Source: an uncultured Verrucomicrobiae bacterium
Lineage (GTDB): Bacteria > Verrucomicrobiota > Verrucomicrobiia > Chthoniobacterales > UBA10450
Assembly (NCBI GenBank): GCA_963772365.1
Contig: CAVYXA010000001.1
Span: 1-64,000, forward strand
Length of the DNA: 64,000 nucleotides
Direction of reading: 5' to 3'
The notes beneath the pieces were generated by a model that was not told the origin of the DNA, did not search any database, and was given only the letters and a program-made list of their open reading frames with translations. Each line of letters opens with the position of its first letter. Position 1 is the stretch's first letter. The translations under genes were made by a program, and so were the position numbers. Shown one piece after another: positions 11,455 through 21,453 of this stretch.

Positions 11455-12816
11455 ATGCAGGGCAGGGTCAGGCGCGGGACGACCGGCGTGCTGGCAGTCG
11501 TCGTCGGATTGATGGCCGCCTGCGGGAGCGGCGACGATGCCGCGCTTCAGCCGATCACCGAGGTCGGCACGGTGTCGGTCCCCCACCGTCCGCTCGTCGT
11601 GTCGAAGCTCCCGCCGGGTTGGTCCGTCGCCGAAGTGACGGTCGAGACGCCCGATCGGATGCCGACGATGATGCAGACGCTGTACCTTGCGCCCGGTTCC
11701 ACGGCCGATCACGGTCCGGCGCTCGCAATTGGTGTGCATGGCAACGAGTACGGCTACACGCTCTGCGACGGAGGCCGCGTAGCCGGCCTCCGTCTGACAG
11801 GCGCGGGGATGTTGCACGCGCGACTGCAGAAGACCGGCGATCTGGTCAACGTCACCGGACCGATCGACGACTCCGAAGACGGAGACTACGGCTTCGTCAT
11901 CGGGCGGGGCCTGACCGAGCAACAGGTGCTCACCGCGGCGCGAGCTGCGACGTTCGTGCCCGGCCGGCCTGCCGCCGTGCCGACGCACGCGCTGCCTTCC
12001 GAGCTCTTCGAGCTCGCGTCGGCCCCGGTCGTTCCCAACCAGGAGTTCGGCGAGGTCATCCGGTTGACGAATGCCGACGGCACGCAGTCGGTGACGATCG
12101 CGGCCTACGACGGCAGCGCGGCGGCCGACCAGGTGACGGACTTCTGGAACGCGACCGTGGCCACCAAGCCCTGCGGGGAGGGCAACGCACCGCAGCGAAA
12201 TGGCCGGCTCGGCCCAACGAGCTACCGAATCACGGGACGGACGACGCCGACGGTCACCGCCGCGATCGAGTCCCACCTGGTCGCCACCGATCCGGACGGG
12301 CTCGAGGCGTTCCGGGAGAAGACTGCTGACGTCCCCGCGGCCGCGCTGCTCGACGGTTGCGGCACGCCGGGTGACCGCGTGATCGTCGAAGGCCGGCAGG
12401 ACACGGTGCGTTGGCTGCTGGCGATGCCGGAACAACCCGGTGGTTCGGCGATGAGCTGCCAGACGTTCGTCGTCGATGGCCATCAGGAAGGGATGATGGC
12501 CGGCGGTGGTGGTCCGGCGTTCGCCGCTCCGGGGAGTCACGGCATCACGGTGCTCGGCGGGGGCAGCGCGGGACTGACCGTCGGAACCGCGAACGTGGTC
12601 GGCGGCACCGTGCCGAAGGCATCCACGCGGGTGTCGATCTCGGACGGCGCGGGGCGATCGACCGACGCGGTGATCGTCGATGGGGGCGACGATCCGGCCG
12701 TCCGCTACTTCGGCGGCATGATCCTGCCCTCGTCGATCGGCAACGAGAGCCTGCACATCACGATCGTCGCCTACGACCGGGCCAGCACCGAGATCGCCCG
12801 TTACTCCAACGGTTGA
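11455..12816 (+). CDS. Hypothetical lipoprotein
   Basis: Intact 453-aa ORF; signal peptide with lipobox-like LMAAC. Confidence 0.7.
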   Translation: MQGRVRRGTTGVLAVVVGLMAACGSGDDAALQPITEVGTVSVPHRPLVVSKLPPGWSVAEVTVETPDRMPTMMQTLYLAPGSTADHGPALAIGVHGNEYGYTLCDGGRVAGLRLTGAGMLHARLQKTGDLVNVTGPIDDSEDGDYGFVIGRGLTEQQVLTAARAATFVPGRPAAVPTHALPSELFELASAPVVPNQEFGEVIRLTNADGTQSVTIAAYDGSAAADQVTDFWNATVATKPCGEGNAPQRNGRLGPTSYRITGRTTPTVTAAIESHLVATDPDGLEAFREKTADVPAAALLDGCGTPGDRVIVEGRQDTVRWLLAMPEQPGGSAMSCQTFVVDGHQEGMMAGGGGPAFAAPGSHGITVLGGGSAGLTVGTANVVGGTVPKASTRVSISDGAGRSTDAVIVDGGDDPAVRYFGGMILPSSIGNESLHITIVAYDRASTEIARYSNG

Positions 12817-13025
12817 GAGCGACGCGAGCGCAACGGCTTCGGTGCTGCGAGCACGGAGAACACCCACGCGGTGACCACGATGAACAGCGCGAATGAACCG
12901 AAGAACAGCGCGAGCGCCGCGAAGCCCGTGACGGCACCGAAGAAGTGGTTGACCAGCTTCCAGAAGACGGTGAGCGTCGTCCACCCCACGCACAACGCCA
13001 CGACGTAGAGGCCAATCCGGCGCAT
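12801..13025 (-). CDS. Small hypothetical membrane protein
   Basis: Two hydrophobic helices; GGAG-like RBS upstream. Confidence 0.55.
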   Translation of the reverse strand: MRRIGLYVVALCVGWTTLTVFWKLVNHFFGAVTGFAALALFFGSFALFIVVTAWVFSVLAAPKPLRSRRSQPLE

Positions 13026-13155
13026 GACCATCACTGGAGGGTAGCCCCGGATCACGCACTACGAGATTCCGTGAGAGGGGGTGTCGATCCGGGCGGTGAC
13101 GTTCGTCGCGGGGGTACCAGCCGGGACCGCCGGCTCGAACGACAGGAGCAGCACC

Positions 13156-13464
13156 ATGAGCAAGTACGTGCTCGCCTACAAGGGCCCCGGGATGGCCGAC
13201 ACTCCCGAGGCGCAGGAAGCCGCCATGCAGGCCTGGGGCGCATGGTTCGGATCGCTGGGATCGGCCGTCCTCGACGGTGGGAACCCGTTCGGCCCGTCCA
13301 CCGCGGTGCAGTCCGACGGGTCGACCGGCACGCCGACCGCCGGGCTGACCGGATACTCGATCATCGAGGCGGACACCCTCGAGCTCGCCGCGAAGCTGGC
13401 CGGGGCGTGCCCGGTGCTCGCGTCCGGCGGCACCGTCGAGGTGTACGAAGCGCTGCCGATGTAG
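13156..13464 (+). CDS. YciI-like protein
   Basis: MSKYVLAY..AWGAWF..GGNPF..LTGYSIIEA..CP..VEVYE; AGGAG RBS. Confidence 0.8.
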   Translation: MSKYVLAYKGPGMADTPEAQEAAMQAWGAWFGSLGSAVLDGGNPFGPSTAVQSDGSTGTPTAGLTGYSIIEADTLELAAKLAGACPVLASGGTVEVYEALPM

Positions 13465-13469
13465 CACCT

Positions 13470-13529
13470 CCGCCGGGCCGGACGGCGTCCCGCGGGACGC
13501 CGTCCCATGCCCGGCGGTTCCGCGGAACC
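13470..13529. repeat. Nested palindromes / probable terminator after the yciI-like gene
   Basis: Perfect 26-bp palindrome GGACGGCGTCCCGCGGGACGCCGTCC (13480-13505) inside CCGCCGGGC/GCCCGGCGG arms, then perfect 14-bp GGTTCCGCGGAACC (13516-13529). Confidence 0.7.
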
Positions 13530-13609
13530 CCGTCCACAGGCTCTGGGTTGTCCACAGGGTCCGACGCGATCTGTCACCCGGAGACGCCCGGCGCGGCATC
13601 GTATGAGCG

Positions 13610-14089
13610 ATGGCGGCCGGGGATGAGATCGTGCCGTGGCACGAGATGGAGGAGCTCTACGGCAAGCACGCCGACGAGCTGACGCGGTTCGCGACCGGAT
13701 TGGTCGGGCCGTCGGACGCGGGCGACGTGGTCTCCGAGGCCGTGCTCCGCTGCATGGCGTCGAGCCGGTGGACCGAGGTGCGCGACGCGCGCCCCTACCT
13801 CTACCGGGCGGTGCTGAACCAGGCCCGCCAGTCGCATCGGGGCGCGCTGCGCCAGGCGGCCCGGGACGCGCGTGCCGTCCCGCCCCCGAGCGCCGAGCCA
13901 CCGGACGTGCGGCCGGAAGTCCTCGAAGCGGTCGCCCGACTCAGCCTGCGCCAACGCGCGGTGATCGTCCTCACGTACTGGGAGGACCTCGATCCATCTC
14001 AGGTCGCGGGTCGGCTCCAGATCAGCGACGGCTCCGTACGCCGCCACCTCGCCCGTGCCCGGGCCCGACTTCGGGAGGAGCTCGCGTGA
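13610..14089 (+). CDS. ECF RNA polymerase sigma-70 factor
   Basis: Region 2 (DAGDVVSEAVLR..PYLYRAVLN) and region 4 (LSLRQRAVIVLTYWEDL..VRRHLARAR). Confidence 0.92.
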   Translation: MAAGDEIVPWHEMEELYGKHADELTRFATGLVGPSDAGDVVSEAVLRCMASSRWTEVRDARPYLYRAVLNQARQSHRGALRQAARDARAVPPPSAEPPDVRPEVLEAVARLSLRQRAVIVLTYWEDLDPSQVAGRLQISDGSVRRHLARARARLREELA

Positions 14090-14817
14090 GCGACCTCGAC
14101 ACCCAGATCCGATCCGCGGTGACCGAGCTGGTCGAAGCCGCGCCGCCTCCCCCGCCCCTGCCGACAATCGCTCCAACATCGAGCCGTCCGCCGCGGCGCC
14201 GGCCCGTCGTCCTTGCCCTCGCGCTCGGCGTCGCACTCGTGGTGCTCGTGACGGGTGCCATCGTGCTGTCCGACGACTCGGATGACGCGTGAGTCGTCAC
14301 CGGACGGACGCCACCGGCTGCGGTCATCCAATGCGGGACCATCGTCGGAGGGAGCACCGCCCCCGCGCCCGATCGCACCGTCGTTCTCCGCCGCGTCGCG
14401 TTGACGACGCGACGCACGCTGCAAGTCAGCCAGTCGGCCGAGACCGATCCCCGGGCGGCCCTGTTCGCGAAGGACGGGCTCCTGGTGAAGGAGAAGGTTC
14501 CGGTCGAGCTCATCGTCCCGCGCGCCTGGCGTGACCGACTCAGCATCGGATGGGGCAGCTCCGGACGCACCAGCCACCTGAGAGTCAAGCGCTGCACCAG
14601 GCGTCTGGAATCCCTTCCTTCGACATTCGGAGCGCCGACACCCACCGCCACTCTCAGGCGCGCACCTGCAGGCAAGGCGATCGCCCGATGGAACGCGTGG
14701 GCCGGGGGCTACTACGTCTCGAAGGCGGCGTGCGTCCCGCTGATCGTCAAGGCCGGCGGCCGGACGCGTCGAGTGCACATCAGCGTCGGCAAGCAGTGTC
14801 CCCGTCCACTTCGTTGA
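14086..14817 (+). pseudogene. Putative membrane-anchored anti-sigma partner with an in-frame TGA at 14290-14292
   Basis: GTGA overlap with sigma; MSDLDTQIRSAV, Pro-rich linker, single TM; the frame continues unshifted after the TGA to 14817. Confidence 0.6.
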
Positions 14818-14839
14818 CGTCGGGCGGCACAATGTCGCG

Positions 14840-15220
14840 ATGGATCGAGACGGGGTCATGCAGTGGGTCGAGCGCTACGAACAGGCGTGGCGCGACCGAG
14901 ACGCCGATGCCGTCCCCCGGCTGTTCACCGACGACGCGCGGTACCTGCAGTCCCCGTACGAACCACCGCACGTCGGGCTCGACGCGATCACCGCGTTCTG
15001 GCGGGAGGAGGACGACGACGGCGAGGTCTTCACCATGACGGCCGAGCCGGTCGCGGTCGACGGTCACCACGCCGTCGTTCGCGCCGAGGTGCGCTACGGC
15101 GATCCGCTGCGCCAGGAGTACCGGGACCTCTGGGTCCTCCACTTCGCCGACGACGGCCGGGTCGAGCACTTCGAGGAGTGGGCCTACTGGCCCGACAAGC
15201 CGTTCTCCGAGAGTCAGTAG
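14840..15220 (+). CDS. SnoaL/NTF2-like protein
   Basis: WVERYEQAWR..LFTDDARY..LWVLHFADDGRVEHFEEW. Confidence 0.85.
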   Translation: MDRDGVMQWVERYEQAWRDRDADAVPRLFTDDARYLQSPYEPPHVGLDAITAFWREEDDDGEVFTMTAEPVAVDGHHAVVRAEVRYGDPLRQEYRDLWVLHFADDGRVEHFEEWAYWPDKPFSESQ

Positions 15221-16116
15221 GTGGCGGCGAGGGTGTCGGCGTGGTGGTCGATGGAGCCGAAGTGGGTGTCGAGGACCCAGGCCCGCTTGAGGTAGAGGTG
15301 CACGTCGACCTCCCAGGTGAAGCCCATCCCGCCGAACACCTGTGTCGCCGACTTCCCGTTCATGATCGCGGCTTCGTTCGCGAGGAGCTTGGCGCCACTC
15401 AACGACCGGGTGAGGTCGCCGGTGGCCGGGTCGTCGAGGACGCACGCGGCGGCGTAGGTCGCGGCGCGCGCGACCTCGGCCCGCACGACCATGTCCGCGG
15501 AGAGGTGCTTCACCGCCTGGAACGATCCGATCGGCCGGTTGAACTGCTCCCGCTCCTTCGCGTACGCGACCGCGAGATCGACGAGCGCGTCGGCCATGCC
15601 CACACAGAATGCGGCGGTGAGCAGCGCGCCCTGGTTCCGCAGCGCCGCCAGCGCGCCGGCGTCACCCACTTCGATGAGTGCACCCAGCGAGTCCACCTCG
15701 GTGACCGGCGTCAACGGATCGAGCGGCCAGTCCGCCGGCTTCCCCGACACCGACGACGGGTCGACGGTCGAGACCGAGGCGCCATCGAGCACGAGCAGGG
15801 CATCCAGTGCGTCGAGGTGCTCGACGTACTGCGTCCCGCCCACGGTGAGGTCGAGGCCGCCGGTGATCTCGTCCCGCCCGAAGGTCCAGACCAAGGGCCC
15901 GGGGACGACCGCGCGACCGAGCTCCTCGTAGACGATCGCCGCGTCGGTCCAGCCGAACCCGTCGGCCCGCAGCGAGAACACTCCCGCTTCCTTGAGGTCG
16001 TCGTAGCTCGACCGGTCGAACCCCTCGCGCACGCGGCTCATCGGGAACTTGCCCTCGAGCAGGCTGCGGATCCCGTCGCGGAGGGCGACCTGGTCCTCCG
16101 AGAGGTCGAAGTTCAC
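15214..16116 (-). CDS. Acyl-CoA dehydrogenase, short subunit of a heteromeric pair
   Basis: YAKEREQFNRPIGSFQAVKH, QVFGGMGFTWEVDVHLYLKRA. Confidence 0.9.
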   Translation of the reverse strand: MNFDLSEDQVALRDGIRSLLEGKFPMSRVREGFDRSSYDDLKEAGVFSLRADGFGWTDAAIVYEELGRAVVPGPLVWTFGRDEITGGLDLTVGGTQYVEHLDALDALLVLDGASVSTVDPSSVSGKPADWPLDPLTPVTEVDSLGALIEVGDAGALAALRNQGALLTAAFCVGMADALVDLAVAYAKEREQFNRPIGSFQAVKHLSADMVVRAEVARAATYAAACVLDDPATGDLTRSLSGAKLLANEAAIMNGKSATQVFGGMGFTWEVDVHLYLKRAWVLDTHFGSIDHHADTLAATY

Positions 16117-17252
16117 TTCGGCTCCTTCGGCAGTCCGAGCACGCGCTCTCCCAGGATGTTGCGCTGGATCTGCGACGTCCCGGCCGCGATCGTCAGCGCG
16201 AGCGTGCGCAGGCGCTCCTCGACGAACTCGCCCTTGCCGTCGACCACGAGACCGTCGCGCTCGAGCACGCGGAGCGACAGCTCACCGAGCCGCTGCCGGG
16301 TCTCCGAGTACGCGAGCTTCATCATGAACGACCCGCGCCCGGGGGTGCCGCGCGAGGACTGCGTGACGTTGCGCTTGGTCAACGCCCACTGGGCATCGAG
16401 CTCGGCCGCGACGTGACCGAGCTCCCGCCGGTGCGCGGGATCCTGGACGAGTGGGGCAAGGTCTTCGACGAGGCGCATCGCATCGACGAGCTCGCTGACG
16501 AACGCGGTGCCGCGCTCGAACGAGAGCGTGACGTTCGTGACCCGCCACCCGTCGTTCTCCGCCCCGACCCGGCAGGACACCGGCACCCGCACCTCGTCCA
16601 GGAACAGCTCGGCGAACTCGGACGACCCGAGCACGGTCTTCAGCGGTCGGACCTCGATGCCGGGCAGGTCCATCGGGAGCATGAGCCAGCTGATCCCCGC
16701 GTGCTTCTTCACGTCGGGATCGGTGCGGACGAGCAGCTCACCGAAGTCGCCGACCTGGCCGAACGAGCACCAGATCTTCTGACCCGTGACGACGTAGTCG
16801 TCGCCGTCGCGCACCGCGCGTGTCCGCAGTGACGCGAGGTCGGAGCCCGCACCGGGCTCGGAGAAGCCCTGGCACCACACCTCGTCGCCCCGCAGGATCT
16901 TGGGCAGGTGCTCGCGCTTCTGCTCGTCCGTGCCCTCGGCCACGATCGTCGGTCCCGCGTGCAACAGCCCGACGAAGTTCACCCCGACGTACGGCGCCCG
17001 GGCCCGGGTGGTCTCCTCGAGGAAGATCAGCTGCTGGCTCGACGGGAGATCCCGGCCGCCGTACTCCTCCGGCCAGTTCAGCCCGGCGTAGCCGCCGTCG
17101 AACAGGCGTCGCTGCCAGTCGGTGTCCCAGCCCTTGCGGGCATCCCAGTCGTCGCGCGCCGGCTGCGGCGCGAGCTTCGGAAGCTCGGCGGCGAGCCACT
17201 CGCGGAGCGCGGCGCGGAAGGCTTCGTCGGCTTCTGAGTTTCGGAGATCCAT
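16113..17252 (-). CDS. Acyl-CoA dehydrogenase, long subunit of a heteromeric pair
   Basis: WCQGFSEPGAGSDLASLRTRA, GQKIW, TIAAGTSQIQRNILGERVLGLP. Confidence 0.93.
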   Translation of the reverse strand: MDLRNSEADEAFRAALREWLAAELPKLAPQPARDDWDARKGWDTDWQRRLFDGGYAGLNWPEEYGGRDLPSSQQLIFLEETTRARAPYVGVNFVGLLHAGPTIVAEGTDEQKREHLPKILRGDEVWCQGFSEPGAGSDLASLRTRAVRDGDDYVVTGQKIWCSFGQVGDFGELLVRTDPDVKKHAGISWLMLPMDLPGIEVRPLKTVLGSSEFAELFLDEVRVPVSCRVGAENDGWRVTNVTLSFERGTAFVSELVDAMRLVEDLAPLVQDPAHRRELGHVAAELDAQWALTKRNVTQSSRGTPGRGSFMMKLAYSETRQRLGELSLRVLERDGLVVDGKGEFVEERLRTLALTIAAGTSQIQRNILGERVLGLPKEPK

Positions 17253-17274
17253 GCGGTGGCGGAGTCTATGGGGC

Positions 17275-17295
17275 GACCTGACGCCCCATCAGATT
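17275..17295. promoter_or_regulatory. Degenerate copy of the AATCTGACG-N3-CGTCAGATT operator-like palindrome
   Basis: GACCTGACG-CCC-CATCAGATT (3 mismatches), 22 bp upstream of the ACAD start. Confidence 0.55.
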
Positions 17296-17741
17296 CAGCC
17301 GGACTCACCATGGAGACGGTCGGCGAACCGGGTGCCGTCGAGCAGCTCGATGACCTGACCGTCCGGGTCGGTGACGAAGATCGCGGTCTCGAGACGGGTC
17401 TCCTCGAGGACGGCGCCGCCGTGCGCGACCACTGCGGCGCACGCGGTGTCGATGTCCTCGACACCGAACGAGAGATGGGTCAGACCCGGCTCGAGAACGG
17501 ACCGTTCCCGCGCCGGGAGCGGTTCCGGGTCGCTGAAGGAGAGCAGCTCGAGCACGAGGCCGTCCCGCTTGAGGTAGATCGCGTGGAGGCCGACAGGGTC
17601 GGGGAGGCGCAGGAGCTTCGCCGATTGCGAGCCGCTCACATCGAGATCCAGGACCTCCACGAATTCGAGGACGCTGACGTAGAACTCGCGGCTCGTCGCC
17701 AGGTCGCGAACGCACTGGCCGACGTGACTGAAGATCACCAC
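17295..17741 (-). CDS. VOC/glyoxalase family protein
   Basis: FSHVGQCVRDL..LELL..GLTHLSFGV..DPDGQVIELL. Confidence 0.88.
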   Translation of the reverse strand: MVIFSHVGQCVRDLATSREFYVSVLEFVEVLDLDVSGSQSAKLLRLPDPVGLHAIYLKRDGLVLELLSFSDPEPLPARERSVLEPGLTHLSFGVEDIDTACAAVVAHGGAVLEETRLETAIFVTDPDGQVIELLDGTRFADRLHGESG

Positions 17742-17754
17742 GTCGCCGATCTTC

Positions 17755-18544
17755 TCAGATCCCACCGGTCGGCAGGTCTTCCAGCAGCGACGCCCGCAAC
17801 GAGGCGACCGACTCCGGCGCGAACCCGTTGGCGAGCAGGTAGCCCTCGATGGAGCCGTGCTCCCCCACCAGCCGGTCGATGACCGCGCGCATCGCGACGG
17901 CATCCACCGCCCACCGCTGCTGAGCGACTTCGGCGACCGCGCCCGCCTCCGCTCGCGCCCGGGCCTGGTGGCGTTCGAGCAGGACCGGCATGCGGTCGTG
18001 GGTCAGTGCGTAGTCGGCCGCGATGACGTCGGGTGCGACGCCGAGCAGACCGAGCACGAGCATGGCGACGAGCCCGGTGCGGTCCTTGCCCGCCGCGCAG
18101 TGGAAGACGAGCGGTTGCGTGTCACCCGCCGCGATCAGGTCCAGGACCGCGACGAAGCGGTGACCGAAGCGGTTGAGCATGAGCAGGTAGAGGTCGTCGA
18201 GTGGGATCACCTCCCCGTTCGCCCACTCGCTGGCATCCCTGCCCTCGTGCTCCCGGCGCGTCTCGTCGACGATCGGGACGTGCGACACCGCGACCGGGAG
18301 CTGCTCGAGCTTCTCGAGCGGGCCGTGGGTGAACTTGCTGCACCTCGGGTCCCGCGCGCAGATCGATGACGGTCCGCAGCCCGAGGACCTCCGTCACGTG
18401 CACGACGTCGGCGTCGCTCATGAACGAGAGCGAGTCGCTGCGGAACACCCGACCGGTACGCACGAGCTTGCCGTGCTCGGTCTCGTAGCCACCGAGGTCC
18501 CGGAAGTTCGCGGGACCGTCGAGCGGGATGAGTCGATCGGCCAC
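17755..18544 (-). CDS. Tyrosine-protein phosphatase family (PtpB/IphP-like); one frameshift
   Basis: NFRDLGGY, VIDLR, FHCAAGKDRTG, IAADYALT. Confidence 0.9.
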
Positions 18545-18546
18545 CG

Positions 18547-19769
18547 TCAGAGGTCGAGACCGAGCATGCGGATCGCGTTGCCCCGGCAGATCTTGTCGAC
18601 GACGTCCTGCGGGAGGTCGGCCATCATCTCGCCCGCGAGCTTCTTGGTGTGCGGCCAGGTCGAGTCGGTGTGCGGGTAGTCGGTCTCGAACGTCGTGTTG
18701 TCGACGCCGACGCGTGCCAGGGACTCGAGCCCGTGCACGTCGCGGAAGAAGCAGCCGAACACCTGGCGGTAGTAGTAGGTCGACGGCGGTTCGGGGACGA
18801 TGTCCTTCACGCCACCCCACGCCCGGTGCTCGCGCCACACGTCGTCGGCGCGCTCGAGGATGTACGGGATCCACCCGATCTGGCCCTCGGAGTACGCGAG
18901 CTTCAGCTCCGGGTACCGCACGAGCACGCCGGAGAACAGGAAGTCCGCGAGGCTCGCCATCGCGTTGCCGAAGCTCAGCGTGGCGGCAACGGCGACCGGA
19001 GCGTCGACCGACGTGGCCGGCATCTTCGAGCTCGAGCCGATGTGCATGCAGACGACGGTCTGCGTCTCCTGGCACGCGACGAAGAACGGGTCCCAGTAGC
19101 CGGTGTGGATGCTCGGCAGGCCGAGGTGCGGCGGGATCTCGCTGAAGCACACGGCTCGCACACCGCGCGCCGCGTTGCGCCGGACCTCCGCCGCGGCGAG
19201 CTCGGCGTCCCAGAGCGGGATGAGCGTGAGCGGGACGAGCCGGCCGCCGCTGTCGCCGCACCACTCCTCGACCATCCAGTCGTTGTACGCGTAGACGCAC
19301 GCTTCCGCGAGCTCGCGGTCCTTGGCCTCGAGGAACGTCTGGCCGCAGAAGCGCGGGAACGTCGGGAACGACAGCGACGCCTCGACCCAGTTGATGTCCA
19401 TGTCGTCGAGCCGGGCCTTGGGGTCGTAGCAGCCCGGGCGCATCTCGTCGTAGGTGATCGGCGACATCGTCATGTCGTCACGGTCGAAGCCGACCGAGGC
19501 GACGTGGCGCTTGTTGATGTAGACGAGGTCCTCGTAGACCCAGCAGTCGGCCTTCGGGCCGCGTCGTCGAAGGTCTGCTCGTAGGTGCCGCCGCCGATGT
19601 GGCGCATGCCGGCGATGCCGCGCCGCTCGACCTTCGGGCCGGCGGTCCCGGCACCGGGCCGGGAGCCAGGTCTGCCAGAGGTGGGCCGGCTCGACGACGT
19701 GGTCGTCGACGCTCACGATCCGCGGGATCTCGATCGGCGTCCGGTGCCCTGTTCCGCAGTTGCGGTCAC
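18547..19769 (-). CDS. Amidohydrolase family protein (Amidohydro_2 type)
   Basis: SVDDHVVEP, AYNDWMVEEW, CMHIGSS, SEGQIGWIPY, FETDYPHTD. Confidence 0.92.
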
Positions 19770-19789
19770 CCGATGCCTCCGGCCCGACG

Positions 19790-19810
19790 AATCTGACGAC
19801 CCGTCAGATT
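19790..19810. promoter_or_regulatory. Perfect operator-like palindrome overlapping a predicted -10 box
   Basis: AATCTGACG-ACC-CGTCAGATT; minus strand reads GGTAATCT (TANNNT), upstream of the amidohydrolase. Confidence 0.75.
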
Positions 19811-19828
19811 ACCGCTCGGTCGTCGGCG

Positions 19829-21374
19829 TCACGCCGGGCAGCGGAGCCCGGCGGCCGGGGCGTGCGACGTCCGGACGAGGTACGGCGCGTGATGACCCGG
19901 TCCAGGCAGGGGTTCGCCGTCGAGGCTCGACGTGTGGGTGGTGCCCTCGACCGTGACGAGCCGCGCCGACCGAGCTCGGCGGGCCAGGCCTCCGGCCCAG
20001 GCGATCGGGGTCGCCGGGATCGCCCGTCGTGCCCGACGACCACGATCGGCGGCGCGCTCGGCGCCGAGCACGGCGGTCGGCGTCCGGGTCACCGGCGGGA
20101 CCGGCCAGTAGGCGCAGGGGAAGCTGAGGCCGACGTTCGAGGCGCCGAAGATCGGGGCCTGCCTGGCCGCCGCGGGCCTGCAGCGCTCGGCACGTCGACA
20201 CCGTCGAGCGTCGGGACCGTCGGCGCACGAGATCGCGAGGAACGCGGGCCACTCCGGCGAGTAGGTCGCCGTCCGACTCGCGCCGGACGTAGTCGTCGAA
20301 GCAGTCGAGAGCAGCTGGGCCGGGTCGCCCTTGCTCCGGCTGTCGCGAGCGCCTGGGCCAGGATCGCGGTAGCCGCCCGCGCCGGCGTAGAGCGGCGCCG
20401 CGAGCGCGATGTCGAGCTGCGTCGGCCCGAGCACCCGGCCGTCGTCGCTGTGTGCATCGGCTTCCCGTCGACCTTGCGCCCGCAGCGCGTCGAGCGCGGC
20501 CGCGGGATCGCCGCGCGTGATGGAACGCGCAGCTCGATGCGTTGCGCGCAGTCGGCAAGGAACGCGTCGAGCGACGCTTCGAACCCCTTCGCCTGCTGCA
20601 TCGACACATCGTCGATCGGGGACCGCAGGGTCGACCGCGCCGTCGAGCACGCAGCGCGCGGACCTTGTCCGGGTACGCCTGCGCGTACGAGCGCGCCGAG
20701 GTAGGTGCCGTAGGAGAAGCCGGCGTACGTCAGCTTCTCGTCGCCGAGCGCAGCGCGGATCGCGCTCCATGTCGTGCACGGTGTCGATCGAGGCGATGTG
20801 CGCGAGCAGGTCGCCGCTCCGCCGGTCGCACGCCTCCGCGAAGCGGTTGGACGCGTCTTCCAGGGCCCGGAGCTCGGCCGTGTCGTCGGGCGCGGTGTCG
20901 ACGTCGAAGAGGTAGTCGAGCTGGTCGCCGCAGTCGACGGGCGAGCTGCTCCGGCCCGTGCCGCGGGGATCCCAGCCGACGACGTCGAAGCGGTCGCGTG
21001 ATCGACGTCCGGGAGCTGGTCGGCGACGTCCTGCACGAAGTCGATGCCCGGCGCGCCCGGCCCGCCGGGGTTGACGAGCAGCGAGCCGATGCGCTTGCTC
21101 GGGCTCTTGGCCGGGACCCGGGCCAGCGCCAGGTCGATCTGCTCGCCGTCCGGGTGCCGCGGGGTCGAGCGGGACCGGCGAGCGTGGCGCACTGCCCCTC
21201 GTCGCAGTCGTGCCAGTCGAGCGCGTGCCGCGCCGGCCTTCCGGTGCGTCGACGACGTGCTGACGCGCGCTGGCCGTGACTCGGCGGCTCGCGAGCTGCC
21301 GCTGCCGGAGCACGCCGCGAGCGCGACGAGGCCGCGACCACGCAGGAGCGCGACCGAGCGCGCCGGAGGGGCAT
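19829..21374 (-). CDS. TAP-like alpha/beta hydrolase (secreted peptidase/lipoprotein); frameshifted
   Basis: LAAC lipobox-like, LLVNPGGPG, VGWDPRG, GFSYG nucleophile, VLDGAVDP, DPATP. Confidence 0.85.
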
Positions 21375-21453
21375 GCGCCGCCACGCTCGCCACACCGATG
21401 CCGGCGCTGGAGACCGCGGGCAGGCAACGCGGCGGCCGGAGTACGGTGACGCG

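Noticed and set aside
13530..13558. Replication origin
   Set aside because: Only one perfect DnaA box, no AT-rich unwinding region, no dnaA/dnaN
10774..13599. Very long ORFs such as 10774-13599 (-, 941 aa), 41631-44606 (+, 991 aa) and 46707-48767 (+)
   Set aside because: Arg/Pro/Gly-rich shadow frames opposite recognisable genes, expected at this GC content
14290..14292. TGA as selenocysteine
   Set aside because: Lies in a linker after the TM helix, not in a redox Cys context; no evident SECIS
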